Shown one piece after another: positions 1-10,155 of a DNA stretch of 64,000 nucleotides. The notes beneath the pieces were generated by a model. The model was not told the DNA's origin, did not search any database, and saw only the letters and a program-made list of their open reading frames with translations. Positions within the stretch are counted from its first letter, which is position 1, and the number at the start of each line of letters is the position of its first letter. The position numbers and the translations under genes are program-made. The DNA lies in sequence record OR496884.1; one strand, 5' to 3'.

Positions 1-2
1 GT

Positions 3-248
3 GTTAAAGGTAACGTTAATATGATGACACAAATTTTTCAATTCAAGAAATTTTGCCAATATGGGTGTATCGACTTGTGGGTTACCTGTGGTTAATGAAT
101 TTGGGTCATCAAGATTGATCGGAAGTGTATGCAAAATTCCGAATGTTTGGATAACCAACCCAACTGCACTTAATGCACTTTCAACAGGAATTCCTGGAAA
201 CCCTATGTTGAATTTAATAATTTCACTAGGTACATGTGCTTGTGTCAT
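3..248 (-). CDS. hypothetical protein, runs off window start (partial)
   Basis: Hand-translated MTQAHVPSEIIKFNIGFPGIPVESALSAVG...; GGAG SD upstream of ATG at 248; open to the window edge. Confidence 0.7.
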   Translation of the reverse strand, partial: MTQAHVPSEIIKFNIGFPGIPVESALSAVGLVIQTFGILHTLPINLDDPNSLTTGNPQVDTPILAKFLELKNLCHHINVTFN

Positions 249-534
249 TACTTGCTCCAAAAACAAAAAGAGTATTGTTATTGATTTTTATAAATTCTGT
301 ACTTGATTGGAAATCAATAACATTAATAATCTCATTTAAATAAACCATTACTTGGGATTTGATTAATGGCGCTGCAATTCCAAATTCATTTGCAAATCTC
401 AGATTTAATATTTCCATGTTTCTTGTTTGTAAATATTCTTTTACTATTTCAAAGAAACGGATCTGATTCAATTGGTAACGATTCGCAATCTCCCGTAATG
501 GGAAAAGATTGACAGTCAGACATGAGTTTGTCAT
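226..534 (-). CDS. hypothetical protein (true start possibly the internal Met near 417)
   Basis: ORF track; the first 86 nt overlap the upstream gene, so a later start is likely. Confidence 0.55.
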   Translation of the reverse strand: MTNSCLTVNLFPLREIANRYQLNQIRFFEIVKEYLQTRNMEILNLRFANEFGIAAPLIKSQVMVYLNEIINVIDFQSSTEFIKINNNTLFVFGASNDTSTCT

Positions 535-910
535 GATCGTCCCCTATTTCATATAAAATAAAATTTAGATTATCTTTATATCGACTAAGTCCATACTTTT
601 TGGATAAATCTAAACCAAGTTGATAAACAAGAAAATCTCTAAATTTTAGGTAAAGGTCATCAAATTCTTCAATTAATACTTCTCGGCTAAACCAAACTTT
701 AATATCCCCTTCTTTACAAGTCCCTGTCAAAGAAAATACTTTACATGCTCTTATTAGATATGTTTGCAACATTACTGCAATGCCAGGTTTATCTTTTTCT
801 TTAATTAATTTATTAGCATGTATTTGGTTTTGTTCAATTGCTTCTTCTATGAAATAAAAGAAGCTAGAGAAATTAATTGATTTGACTTCAATCGTCTCTT
901 TGCAGCTCAT
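449..910 (-). CDS. hypothetical protein
   Basis: 153-aa ORF tiling the minus-strand operon downstream of the tubulin gene. Confidence 0.75.
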   Translation of the reverse strand: MSCKETIEVKSINFSSFFYFIEEAIEQNQIHANKLIKEKDKPGIAVMLQTYLIRACKVFSLTGTCKEGDIKVWFSREVLIEEFDDLYLKFRDFLVYQLGLDLSKKYGLSRYKDNLNFILYEIGDDHDKLMSDCQSFPITGDCESLPIESDPFL

Positions 911-1361
911 TTAGAACCTCGAATGTTGGATTATCTTCAACACACTGACTGATATCGTGATTTTCAACTTTTGGTTTAAAATCTAGAAACGTCATTTCAA
1001 GATCCATGATGATAGTGCAAAGACTTCTCCTTCCACATTTTTTAGTGATCACTTTATACATGAGTCTAGGATCAAAACCTGCTGTATAAAATTGTGTTTT
1101 AATATCGTGAACAAGTTGTTCAATTAATGGACAGAGTTCATAGAACAACGGTTCTTCATTTTGATACTCGGTTATCATTGTGTCGAGTATTGTGTTTATT
1201 TTGTCTTGTTTGTTGTTCAGAATCTGAACTACACAATCAACGGTCAACGTAAAGAAATATTCTAATCGTTCATCTACATTTTGTGCTTGATTTTCAAAAC
1301 CGTAAATCTTGCACAACAAAGCTATACGCATTTTTAAATCATCAGTATCTATCGTGTACAT
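888..1361 (-). CDS. hypothetical protein
   Basis: 157-aa ORF, overlaps next gene by 23 nt; no motif recognised. Confidence 0.8.
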   Translation of the reverse strand: MYTIDTDDLKMRIALLCKIYGFENQAQNVDERLEYFFTLTVDCVVQILNNKQDKINTILDTMITEYQNEEPLFYELCPLIEQLVHDIKTQFYTAGFDPRLMYKVITKKCGRRSLCTIIMDLEMTFLDFKPKVENHDISQCVEDNPTFEVLNELQRDD

Positions 1362-1374
1362 GAAGTTTGTCCGA

Positions 1375-1692
1375 TTAGTAAAATGTTAGCTGAAAACGCA
1401 TATGACCTAAATTAACTAACGTTGCGTTATCAGGAATGGGAAGTGTCGCAATTTGATCGTCAACATAATCTTTAACTATTTCATAAACTGCACTATGGCT
1501 AAAAGACAAGTTACGATCAAAAGGACTTGGTGGAAGTGGTATACCGTTATCTAAACAAGCATCTTGAATAACAGAATACGCTAAACTTTCTGGGCATTCA
1601 GAAAGTGTTTTTAAATCTTGGCTGTGACCCGCTAAATTAAAAATAAGTTGCATAAATTTATAGAGAGGTAGAAACCTACCTCTCTTCTCCAT
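1375..1692 (-). CDS. hypothetical protein
   Basis: 105-aa ORF directly downstream of tubulin. Confidence 0.75.
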   Translation of the reverse strand: MEKRGRFLPLYKFMQLIFNLAGHSQDLKTLSECPESLAYSVIQDACLDNGIPLPPSPFDRNLSFSHSAVYEIVKDYVDDQIATLPIPDNATLVNLGHMRFQLTFY

Positions 1693-1703
1693 TAATCTTT
1701 AGA

Positions 1704-2669
1704 TTAAAGGTACATGCCATCCGGAGACGCATCGGAAAGGTCAACTTGTTTTACTTTATGCCGACCTGCAAGTTCGGCTTGTTTGGCTTGTTGTTCTTTG
1801 ATCATCTCCTCAAGCTCTATCAAAGTAGAACCATGATCAAGTACAACGTGCGCTGTTTCGACATACCCTTTAGTTACATCTGTAAACAGACCGGCTTTGC
1901 GATAAAGCAGATTAGTAAACGGAGAACGGATTTGCTCAATGTCGTTATAGATGGACAAGGCGGCAACAGGGATACGTTTGTATTCGGTTACCTTTTCTTC
2001 ATTACAGAAACTTACCTGGGACAGGATAGGATCTGCTTTAACTACATTGGTAAAGAAGAACAGGTTTTTGATATCGGCATAGTCGATGCGTTCGTTGTTC
2101 AAGTTAAGCATCAACAAAGCGTTATCAATGGTCCGGGTTACTTCCGCGTTGATTCCACCTTGGGTGTTCTTGGTGGTGTTTTCACGGTAACAGAACAGTA
2201 CAGGTGCTTCATGAAGTTGTGCTTGCGCCAACAATGAACGAAGTGTACCAACTGTATTATCCATTTCTTTAATAGAAGTGGAATCACCGATAACGATTGA
2301 AAGAACAGGGATCCCTTTTTCCAACATAGCCTTAACCATGTACGGACCAAGAACAGACCCAGAACCACCAGAAGCTGAGTAGACCAGGATATTCAATTTG
2401 TTAGCTGGGAGCTTAGCCAAAGCGCGTTTAACCAAATCCGGAGCAAGTGCCGCGTTACTGGCTTTGTTAGAACCGGAGCCTTCTACGCCTTCCATGCGTT
2501 CAATGTGATAAGCACCGTCAGTACCAGGGTTGGCGTCAGAAAAATCAACACCCAGTACGTTATCGACAAACTTACCGTGATTAGTGTTTTTCAGGAAATG
2601 GTTCAGGTTAGTAATACCAGCGCCACCCAGACCGTAAATATTAAAACACTTTTGCATTTTTATCTCCAT
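1704..2669 (-). CDS. phuZ: phage tubulin PhuZ (tubulin/FtsZ family)
   Basis: N-terminal GLGGAG, tubulin signature SASGGSGS, C-terminal helix plus short acidic tail; jumbo-phage context. Confidence 0.93.
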   Translation of the reverse strand: MEIKMQKCFNIYGLGGAGITNLNHFLKNTNHGKFVDNVLGVDFSDANPGTDGAYHIERMEGVEGSGSNKASNAALAPDLVKRALAKLPANKLNILVYSASGGSGSVLGPYMVKAMLEKGIPVLSIVIGDSTSIKEMDNTVGTLRSLLAQAQLHEAPVLFCYRENTTKNTQGGINAEVTRTIDNALLMLNLNNERIDYADIKNLFFFTNVVKADPILSQVSFCNEEKVTEYKRIPVAALSIYNDIEQIRSPFTNLLYRKAGLFTDVTKGYVETAHVVLDHGSTLIELEEMIKEQQAKQAELAGRHKVKQVDLSDASPDGMYL

Positions 2670-2773
2670 TGTTGTTAAAAGCTTCTGTACGAAGCTATAA
2701 TCAATTTTTGTTGCTACAGTATTGTAACATGTGTTTATTAAAAAGAAATTCGTTGTAGCTCTTTATAGAAGCG

Positions 2774-3178
2774 TTAAGACAGAATATTTACAACACATTC
2801 AGGAATAAACTCTCTGATCTTACCATAAATTTCAGAATAAAGTTCTTCATCAACATCAACGTCAGATATCATGTAATTTTGAGCATAGACCCCTGCTTGC
2901 GGAATACTCAATGCATAAATATTACTTTCTTTAAATCGACGGTCTTCAATAGAAAACCAACCGGAAAGAATAAGTACATAACTACCCGGTTCTCCTTGAG
3001 GAAAAGCTGTGACCTGGATACGAAACTCATCATCATTGGTAATTTTCATACCAAAGCTTAATTGATCTTCGATATGAGAAACAATTGGCCAAGGAGAAGA
3101 TCCTAGTTCATCCAACATTGCATTAATTTGATCTTGAATTTGTAAGGAAATAACTTCAACACGTTTTGTTGTATTCAC
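2774..3178 (-). CDS. hypothetical protein
   Basis: 134-aa ORF in co-directional block. Confidence 0.75.
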   Translation of the reverse strand: MNTTKRVEVISLQIQDQINAMLDELGSSPWPIVSHIEDQLSFGMKITNDDEFRIQVTAFPQGEPGSYVLILSGWFSIEDRRFKESNIYALSIPQAGVYAQNYMISDVDVDEELYSEIYGKIREFIPECVVNILS

Positions 3179-3587
3179 TAATAACCACCTTTGCTTTCTC
3201 TAATTTTTCAGCCAATAGTCCAGAAATATCATGTTCGATAATATCAAGTAAAGAACGATGATTTATTTTAAGACCTTTCATGAAAATGGTCTTTGTGTAT
3301 TTTTTCCAAAGTTTGATGTGAGTAATATGGATACGGACATTTTTATTTGGATTTTCTAACCTTATCATAACCCCAATTATCAATACATCAATCTTATTTA
3401 ATCGGTATCGAAAAGTAGAAAAGAAATTTAATCTATCTCCTGGGGACATACTTTTAATATCATAAACATTTTTATACGCTTTTGGTTTGTTCTCCAATAG
3501 CGCATTTTTGAAGATATCTTTAATTTGTTCTTCAGTATTCATAATAGATACCTGATGGCGATAAGAAATACCTCCTTGATTGTACAA
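3156..3587 (-). CDS. hypothetical protein (start uncertain)
   Basis: 143-aa ORF immediately downstream of a promoter-like motif. Confidence 0.7.
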   Translation of the reverse strand: MYNQGGISYRHQVSIMNTEEQIKDIFKNALLENKPKAYKNVYDIKSMSPGDRLNFFSTFRYRLNKIDVLIIGVMIRLENPNKNVRIHITHIKLWKKYTKTIFMKGLKINHRSLLDIIEHDISGLLAEKLEKAKVVISEYNKTC

Positions 3588-3591
3588 TGAG

Positions 3592-3609
3592 ATAATATCT
3601 ATTTGAAAA
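3592..3609 (-). promoter_or_regulatory. putative phage early promoter motif
   Basis: TTTTCAAATAGATATTAT on minus strand; near-copies at 9745, 13236, 16564, 23739, 48017, 49222, 50315, mostly intergenic and upstream of minus-strand genes. Confidence 0.6.
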
Positions 3610-3631
3610 AATATAAAGGAAACAAAATAAA

Positions 3632-3660
3632 AGCTAGGGACTCCAATGGAGTCCCTAGCT
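3632..3660 (-). terminator. intrinsic terminator
   Basis: Perfect 13-bp inverted repeat AGCTAGGGACTCC/GGAGTCCCTAGCT, T-rich tail on minus strand. Confidence 0.85.
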
Positions 3661-3666
3661 AATGAC

Positions 3667-5313
3667 CTAGATATTAGATTTGAAAACTTTTTCCATCACT
3701 TTATTACGATATTCTTCCCCGCCGTAATAAAAATCAAAACTGGAAAAGTTACGGGACCGCTCTGTTGCAAAATGTTTAGACCTTATAATGTCAACTTGAG
3801 TTTTCAATATTGGTGACCCAAGAAGGTCATGTACAAACTTACAGGTTATCATCATTTCCAACTCATTGTCTTTATAATGACGAGAAATGCCAAGAAAGTC
3901 TGGGTTGGTGTTAAGCGCCAACGTTTCTTTGTAAAGATAATCTAGAAAAACTCCAATTTGTTTTCTTTTCTGATCAAGGATCTGGCTATTGAACTGCCCG
4001 CTACCCTGTTGATACAACGCGATCTGGAATTTCAGGATAGCGATGCATTCTTTTTCATCCATATCTTCCAGAGTTACGCCAATAGCTTCTTTGGCAGCAG
4101 GTATTCCTCCCAGTTGTTTAATGATGTATCGGGTATTGTACTTGTTTTTGGTATGGATATTTGGGAGTGTTAAACGCTCCTTGACCTTATCATAAGAAAT
4201 CTGACCGCTTTGGATCTGATTCAAAACCGTGGCAAAAGACTTCTCTGCTTTTGCTTGTAGTTCTACAAGCCGATCATCAAAAATCTTGATGATCCCCTGT
4301 AATGTTTTCCCCCAGTTGTCGTTATTCATCAATTTAATATTGATTACTTGGTGACTGTCCTTTAATTGATAATCAAGGGGTTTAGTTTTCAATACCTCTT
4401 GAGTCTGGGTACCAGGAAAACAGTTCTGAACCAACCATTGCTTGAATGGTCTAAGTACACTAGGATTTAAATCATCCGGATCAATGCTAATAAATTGTGG
4501 TAAATCAAGAACGCATTTCTTAATTCCTTGGATTTTACGAATAATAGTAATAATATCACCAATGAACTGTTTTAATGGTATTTCGGAAATAGGTTTTCCT
4601 AGCCATTGTTCTTCAATGGTAATCTCGCGAGACATAAATTTAGCAAACAGTTGTTTTGCTGTAAAATAATCTTCAAGAATCTCCAATGCAGTTACTACGT
4701 CACTTTCGTGATCATCAGAGAGTTCCTTTCTTACAAAAGTAATAAAAGAATTAAACACTAAATCTTTATCATTTTTAAGAGACTCTTTCTCTTGTTTACG
4801 CCCTAATAATTTTTCAGTTACATCTAAATTTTTGTTTTTAAGATAGACACCAAAATCAAGAACCATATTGGAATCTAGTTGTTGACTTCCAAAGGTAATA
4901 TTAAATTGTTTTATGGGATCTAAGTTATTAAAACGATCATCTTTAGTTTTAATAACGTCCATCTTAGTGTCGCTAAAGTTTGGATTATTAACTTTAGCAA
5001 CAGCAGGTTTAAAAAACAGGCTATTTGCAATGCATTCGGTCATCTTTTTCCAAGCTTTATCATACCCCATCCCAAAAACAATTTCACGATGAGCAAGATA
5101 TAGTTTTTGATGATCAGATCCACCGTTAAGAATTTTGTCAACTATTCCTTGGGTGAAAATTCCTTGTTCAACTAAAAACACTACCGGAACTGAAACAATA
5201 TCACAAAGAAAAGAAAACTCCTGATCTGAGATTTTAAATGATGATCTGAGATTTGGAAGAATTTCTTTATTTGTGACCAAAGATTTTGGTTGAACAAAGT
5301 TTAGTTTACACAT
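3667..5313 (-). CDS. hypothetical protein, 548 aa
   Basis: Long ORF, helix-rich composition, no catalytic motif recognised. Confidence 0.85.
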   Translation of the reverse strand: MCKLNFVQPKSLVTNKEILPNLRSSFKISDQEFSFLCDIVSVPVVFLVEQGIFTQGIVDKILNGGSDHQKLYLAHREIVFGMGYDKAWKKMTECIANSLFFKPAVAKVNNPNFSDTKMDVIKTKDDRFNNLDPIKQFNITFGSQQLDSNMVLDFGVYLKNKNLDVTEKLLGRKQEKESLKNDKDLVFNSFITFVRKELSDDHESDVVTALEILEDYFTAKQLFAKFMSREITIEEQWLGKPISEIPLKQFIGDIITIIRKIQGIKKCVLDLPQFISIDPDDLNPSVLRPFKQWLVQNCFPGTQTQEVLKTKPLDYQLKDSHQVINIKLMNNDNWGKTLQGIIKIFDDRLVELQAKAEKSFATVLNQIQSGQISYDKVKERLTLPNIHTKNKYNTRYIIKQLGGIPAAKEAIGVTLEDMDEKECIAILKFQIALYQQGSGQFNSQILDQKRKQIGVFLDYLYKETLALNTNPDFLGISRHYKDNELEMMITCKFVHDLLGSPILKTQVDIIRSKHFATERSRNFSSFDFYYGGEEYRNKVMEKVFKSNI

Positions 5314-5328
5314 GTTATTTTCCCTAAA

Positions 5329-5637
5329 TTAGTTTGTGTTGTACAAACTTTCTAAATGATTATTTAACCCGCTAACATCACTTAGCTTAAATATAGCCGG
5401 TGGTGTTGTTTCAATAATGATATTTGTTTGTTCAACATTAATATCAAATTTTTGTTTGTTGTGGATCAAGTGTCCAGAAATCCTACCGGTTGAATCTTTG
5501 TTGATATGGATTTCTTCTAAATTACGATGAAACTTTGCGGTGATGCCTTTTAACGGACGTGACTTAATAACTTGTTCGTTGTTAACAAAACTAACAAAGC
5601 TTTTAACAAAACGATAAAGTGGATGATTAGGTCTCAT
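5329..5637 (-). CDS. hypothetical protein
   Basis: 102-aa ORF, GAGG SD. Confidence 0.75.
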   Translation of the reverse strand: MRPNHPLYRFVKSFVSFVNNEQVIKSRPLKGITAKFHRNLEEIHINKDSTGRISGHLIHNKQKFDINVEQTNIIIETTPPAIFKLSDVSGLNNHLESLYNTN

Positions 5638-5648
5638 GTTTCCTCTAA

Positions 5649-6110
5649 TTAAACTAAACAGTTGTTATTAAAAACAGTGATTGGCTGGTTTGGAAATTTA
5701 AACCCGCTTTGGGATTTAATATCGCAATGTTGAAATACAACTTTTCCAATATCTGTTTTACCAACATATCCAATCTGGCTATTTCTAAACTCTGTATAGG
5801 GTACCATAGAAACATAGGTCAAAACACTGTTTTCAATAACCGTATCTGAAAGATGACAGGAGCGTAATTCAACCTTTCCGATTAAAGCAAGTTCATGTCT
5901 AACCTTTATAACCGAATGACCTTTTAAAATAAGATCTAATTTCTTTTTGTAGATATCAGTCATAATGTCGCATATAACCGAATCCATTAACAGTCCTCCA
6001 GATTTTTTATCTGGGGGTGAAAATCTAATCGTTAAAGCTCCCTCATTTTCTTTATCAAAGAGAATAATCTTATCCCCTTGAATTTCATATTCGTAACGAG
6101 AACCTTCCAT
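5649..6110 (-). CDS. hypothetical protein
   Basis: 153-aa ORF, GGAG SD. Confidence 0.78.
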   Translation of the reverse strand: MEGSRYEYEIQGDKIILFDKENEGALTIRFSPPDKKSGGLLMDSVICDIMTDIYKKKLDLILKGHSVIKVRHELALIGKVELRSCHLSDTVIENSVLTYVSMVPYTEFRNSQIGYVGKTDIGKVVFQHCDIKSQSGFKFPNQPITVFNNNCLV

Positions 6111-6130
6111 GGAGAATCTCCTTAGATAAG

Positions 6131-6760
6131 TTATTTTGAAATTTTGGCTTCAAATCGTTCAATTAACAGCGCAATAATTTCACGTCTACTATTGGGGATG
6201 ATGACATTTTGTCCAGATATACCAGTAGATACTTCAGTATCTGGAAGTTCCATAACACCAAGTTTCATAGTGAAACCGTGAATTGGATCAGGGTGTGGTC
6301 GTTTCATGCCAGCATAAATTTCAATTTCTCCAACTTTCATAGGTAATCTACCAGACCAGAATGCGCTAGGTTCATTTTTTATCATGACTTCACGATAAAG
6401 TGTTTCAAATAAATCTCCAATTTGAAGAACGCCATTAATTGAAATTTCTTTTGACAGATCGAAGTCAAATCCCCAATCAACCATTATTTTTGCAGCCACT
6501 TCGTGAACAGCTTTACAAGGAAGTTCAGTAATCAATGCAGATGCTTCTTTAATGACAGTTTCACCTTCTTCTGTGTTTACAGATATTTTAAGTGAGACGT
6601 CCCAAGAATTTTTTAACATGAACATAATTACCGCGTGGAAATCAAGACTGGGATAATTAATTGTCCCACAAGTCATGCCTGTTTCATCATTCTTTTCTTT
6701 CATTCGGGTAAGTGCGTTGATTAAATGTTTATAAATAGCAAGTGCTTGTGTACGTGTCAT
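6131..6760 (-). CDS. hypothetical protein
   Basis: 209-aa ORF, AAGGA SD. Confidence 0.8.
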   Translation of the reverse strand: MTRTQALAIYKHLINALTRMKEKNDETGMTCGTINYPSLDFHAVIMFMLKNSWDVSLKISVNTEEGETVIKEASALITELPCKAVHEVAAKIMVDWGFDFDLSKEISINGVLQIGDLFETLYREVMIKNEPSAFWSGRLPMKVGEIEIYAGMKRPHPDPIHGFTMKLGVMELPDTEVSTGISGQNVIIPNSRREIIALLIERFEAKISK

Positions 6761-6785
6761 AACTAAATCCTTTTTTGATTAGGTT

Positions 6786-7271
6786 TTAAACATTAAAAAC
6801 TTTACATTGCAACTCAGGAAGAATTTCTCCTGTGTTAAATAAATAACGGATTCCTTTTAAACATTTTTCAATGTCAATTAAAGTTGTCGGAATTTCTTTT
6901 ACCGCATGAACAGATTGTTTTTCATTATATTCATTTAAAACATAAGAAACAAAATGTTCATCATTGATGAATCGCGTCGCAACTTCGTGATCAAACAAAT
7001 AACCACAAAGTTCTGATTTTAAAAGTGCTATCCGATAAAAACTTTTCAATCCATACAAATATTCTACTGAATAATTAACAACATGTTTTTGTTCTTTGTT
7101 TGAAGAAACAAAAGAACAAATATAACCGTCAACGTTTGAAACAAGTTCTATGAAAACGTTTTCATTGACAGGAATAAAACATATCCCTGTTTTGTGATTT
7201 AAGAACTGATTTAATTCGCTTGCTGATTTGGATAAAGCGTTCACGATTTCTTTAACAGATACTGTTTTCAT
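6786..7271 (-). CDS. hypothetical protein
   Basis: 161-aa ORF, AAGGA SD. Confidence 0.8.
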   Translation of the reverse strand: MKTVSVKEIVNALSKSASELNQFLNHKTGICFIPVNENVFIELVSNVDGYICSFVSSNKEQKHVVNYSVEYLYGLKSFYRIALLKSELCGYLFDHEVATRFINDEHFVSYVLNEYNEKQSVHAVKEIPTTLIDIEKCLKGIRYLFNTGEILPELQCKVFNV

Positions 7272-7317
7272 GTTTATTCCTTAAAGTTCAATTTATAGTG
7301 AATGACGTATTTTTAAA

Positions 7318-7346
7318 GAGCAACTAAGGGATTCCCTTAGTTGCTC
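7318..7346 (-). terminator. intrinsic terminator (possibly bidirectional)
   Basis: Perfect stem GAGCAACTAAGGG/CCCTTAGTTGCTC with A/T runs on both sides. Confidence 0.85.
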
Positions 7347-7356
7347 TTTTTTTAGT

Positions 7357-7752
7357 TTATTGTTTTATAAACTTTAGACTATTAATGATAAGTGGAGAAA
7401 TAACACGTTCCATTTTATCATCACAAATTCCATCAACTACATCACCTACCGTAAATGACATTGTTCCAACTAAGTTTCCTTCAAATTTAATTTTGAAGAT
7501 AGCAAGAACATAATTTTTATTTCCAACAAAAGGTGGAACATTAAAATTAGGTATTTGATGAGGTCCAAGCTTTTTAAAACTTACGGTTGCAGAAAAACAT
7601 GCAGAAAGAAGATTTTTGTAGAACTTTCCATTACAACGATTGTAAAGTTCAAACTTATTTGTTTTAACTTGTTTTAAAAGTGTGTGTAAAAAATCATTAA
7701 AACAACGATTTAATCCAGCTTCCATTCCACAAATTTGTTTTGCAATAGTCAT
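7357..7752 (-). CDS. hypothetical protein
   Basis: 131-aa ORF in block. Confidence 0.75.
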   Translation of the reverse strand: MTIAKQICGMEAGLNRCFNDFLHTLLKQVKTNKFELYNRCNGKFYKNLLSACFSATVSFKKLGPHQIPNFNVPPFVGNKNYVLAIFKIKFEGNLVGTMSFTVGDVVDGICDDKMERVISPLIINSLKFIKQ

Positions 7753-7788
7753 TTTTGTTTATCCCGATTATAAACACATTAGTCGCAG

Positions 7789-8544
7789 TTAACGTTTATA
7801 TAACACAACTGCGGTTGATTTAAGGTCTTGATTGAAGTCACCTGCCAAATGAAGCAAAGTAAGATCTTCAATCAGATAATCATGGATAACATTGACTTGG
7901 GTATTAATGTTTGAAAAAATTCCATTTTGGGTGAAATAAAAGGCGCCTGTTCTTTTATCAGAATGTTCAGTTTCTCGCTGCGCTCCTTCAGGGGAGTTTT
8001 CTTTAATTTGCATTTGCGGAATAGGGAAAGTTGATCTGTTGTCAGTATTATTTCCAGATCTAAGAACAACCCCATTAAGACTTTGAATATGGTAACTAAA
8101 TCCAGTCAAAGTTCGTATTACACAAACTTGGGGATAAATCTCTTTTTGGAGATCTCCCCAGTCACCAAATTCTAAAATGTACTTTATTTTCTCTGATAAA
8201 GAAAACTCCTCACCTTTCCAAAAACTGTCAGAAACAATGTATTTACAAATTTTCAATATCAACTGATCAATAATTACAGTTGAATCAAAATTCTCGACAC
8301 AATCTTTGTCTACAAAGAACTCGACCGAATGAGTATTTGCAACTGAAATCCAGCCTACAAATTTTTCTTCAGTGGAAGCTTTTAACATAACGGTTAATTC
8401 TAAACCGTAAATTTTGGTGGGGCTGTGAGCAGGAGCATTTCTTTTACAAAGCGATTTAAATCTAACGGTAGACTGAGAAATCAATTCTTCACGTGCATCC
8501 AAAAGTTGTTTGGTACTTGCTTTATACTCGTCACGAAAATACAT
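7789..8544 (-). CDS. hypothetical protein
   Basis: 251-aa ORF, AAGGA SD. Confidence 0.8.
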   Translation of the reverse strand: MYFRDEYKASTKQLLDAREELISQSTVRFKSLCKRNAPAHSPTKIYGLELTVMLKASTEEKFVGWISVANTHSVEFFVDKDCVENFDSTVIIDQLILKICKYIVSDSFWKGEEFSLSEKIKYILEFGDWGDLQKEIYPQVCVIRTLTGFSYHIQSLNGVVLRSGNNTDNRSTFPIPQMQIKENSPEGAQRETEHSDKRTGAFYFTQNGIFSNINTQVNVIHDYLIEDLTLLHLAGDFNQDLKSTAVVLYKR

Positions 8545-8553
8545 AACCGATCC

Positions 8554-9033
8554 TTAAAGTTGTACGGGTTCGTTGATCAGGGATTTAAATTTACCAGGGA
8601 TGGAACTTTCTTTTCGATGCCAAGAATCTTTCGCTTTATTAGCTAACGTTGCAAAAGCATTATTGTATTTTAGTTCCTGGTAATAATCGATATCATCAAA
8701 CACCATCTTTTTATTCTCACCCAATATTTTAAACATTTCCGCGGCCAAGGCTTTATGTATTTCTTTAACCAATTGTTTATGGGTATACGTTTTAAAATGC
8801 GGAAGTGTTAAAATGATAACATCTTCTTTGGAAGGAGAGTAATAACTAACGGTAAGGGCGGGAACATCAATTTTAACACCATCGGCAGGAATAATCCGAA
8901 ACTCCAATAACAAATCTGGAATAATAGTTTCGTAATAATAGTCTCCTACCTCGCAAATATCTTTTAAACATAAAGGAGAAATTTTGTTATTTACAATTTG
9001 AGTAAGATGCTGAAGACCATTGATAATAGACAT
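8554..9033 (-). CDS. hypothetical protein
   Basis: 159-aa ORF with ATTTAG-AAAAGGA leader. Confidence 0.8.
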   Translation of the reverse strand: MSIINGLQHLTQIVNNKISPLCLKDICEVGDYYYETIIPDLLLEFRIIPADGVKIDVPALTVSYYSPSKEDVIILTLPHFKTYTHKQLVKEIHKALAAEMFKILGENKKMVFDDIDYYQELKYNNAFATLANKAKDSWHRKESSIPGKFKSLINEPVQL

Positions 9034-9062
9034 GATAATAAATTCCTTTTACTAAATAAGGA

Positions 9063-9716
9063 TTAAACGAGTTTGAGTTTATTATTAAAACGATTCAACA
9101 TAAATTCTAAATTATTTTGATTTTGTTGTATTGTTGATTCAACAAAATTAGTTACAGATTTAATTTTGTTTTTATCTATCCAATCGATTGAAGATAGACT
9201 TTCTTTAAACATTTGTATTAAGGTATTCGTAGTGTAATTGCCGTAAGAAAATTCCATTCCTTTGGCGGTTCCTTGTTTAGTGTATTGAACCAAAACAAGG
9301 TCTTTATTATTGCGGTAACCAAAATGAAAACGAATCACTAAATCTGAATCGTAATTTATAACAAACGCTACGTTTTGTTTAAGAACAAATGCAGGATTTT
9401 TAGCATAACAATATCGGATATTATTAATGCCGTTGAAAGCTTTTAGTAAAAAAGCACCTTTATTCTTTTTTGCAACTTTACAAAATTGAATAAACAACTC
9501 TGTTGCCGACACTGATGTTTCAGGTATCTCTAATTGCAAAATTTCATTTATTAATGTTTCTCGACTAGGTTTATGATTAAACACCAATTCGTACTGGAAA
9601 TCGATAAAGTCTATTTCAAAAATAAAATCCCCATTAATATTTCGACTTGCATTTACAATTATACACTTTTGTTTATTATTGAATAAGGTAAGAGTAAACG
9701 TTGGTTGAATGAACAT
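9063..9716 (-). CDS. hypothetical protein
   Basis: 217-aa ORF, GGAG SD, downstream of promoter motif at 9745. Confidence 0.8.
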   Translation of the reverse strand: MFIQPTFTLTLFNNKQKCIIVNASRNINGDFIFEIDFIDFQYELVFNHKPSRETLINEILQLEIPETSVSATELFIQFCKVAKKNKGAFLLKAFNGINNIRYCYAKNPAFVLKQNVAFVINYDSDLVIRFHFGYRNNKDLVLVQYTKQGTAKGMEFSYGNYTTNTLIQMFKESLSSIDWIDKNKIKSVTNFVESTIQQNQNNLEFMLNRFNNKLKLV

Positions 9717-9744
9717 AACAAAACTCCGTTGATATTACAAAGAG

Positions 9745-9761
9745 ATAATATCTGTTTAAAA
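9745..9761 (-). promoter_or_regulatory. putative phage early promoter motif
   Basis: TTTTAAACAGATATTAT, copy of the motif at 3592. Confidence 0.6.
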
Positions 9762-9772
9762 ACTTATGGGGT

Positions 9773-10051
9773 TTAAAATAAATCTTCTCCTCGAGTAAGA
9801 TGTCCTTTTGCAATAACAATGGATTTATTATTTATTAAGTCTTTAACTTTACTTTCCCAACTTCCGTTTTGATTTAAGTGGTGAGTAAACTTTAATTTTG
9901 ATCCTAACCCAGCAAACTTATTTCCATGAATACTTATTAACCTATTTTTAGTTTCGTTAATCTGATAAGATCTAACAGAGGTTTTTGTTAACACTGCATT
10001 ATCCAAAGTTTTAGAAACTAAGAAATTAATGTCTTCTACTAATTGTATCAT
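9773..10051 (-). CDS. hypothetical protein
   Basis: 92-aa ORF with ATTTAGAAAAGGA leader. Confidence 0.72.
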   Translation of the reverse strand: MIQLVEDINFLVSKTLDNAVLTKTSVRSYQINETKNRLISIHGNKFAGLGSKLKFTHHLNQNGSWESKVKDLINNKSIVIAKGHLTRGEDLF

Positions 10052-10115
10052 CCCGTTTGGTCCTTTTCTAAATAAGACAGACTATTTTAATTAAAGTTAA
10101 ATTAAAAAAGATTAT

Positions 10116-10147
10116 AACTCCTAGGTCCCAAATGGGACCTAGGAGTT
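10116..10147 (-). terminator. intrinsic terminator
   Basis: Perfect stem AACTCCTAGGTCCC/GGGACCTAGGAGTT. Confidence 0.85.
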
Positions 10148-10155
10148 TGTACTAA

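Noticed and set aside
1746-2237. 163-aa plus-strand ORF opposite PhuZ
   Set aside because: Antisense shadow fully inside a well-supported gene; the same applies to most short opposite-strand ORFs in the track
3667-5313. Chimallin (nuclear shell) assignment
   Set aside because: Size is similar but I recognise no sequence resemblance; the gene is probably elsewhere in the genome
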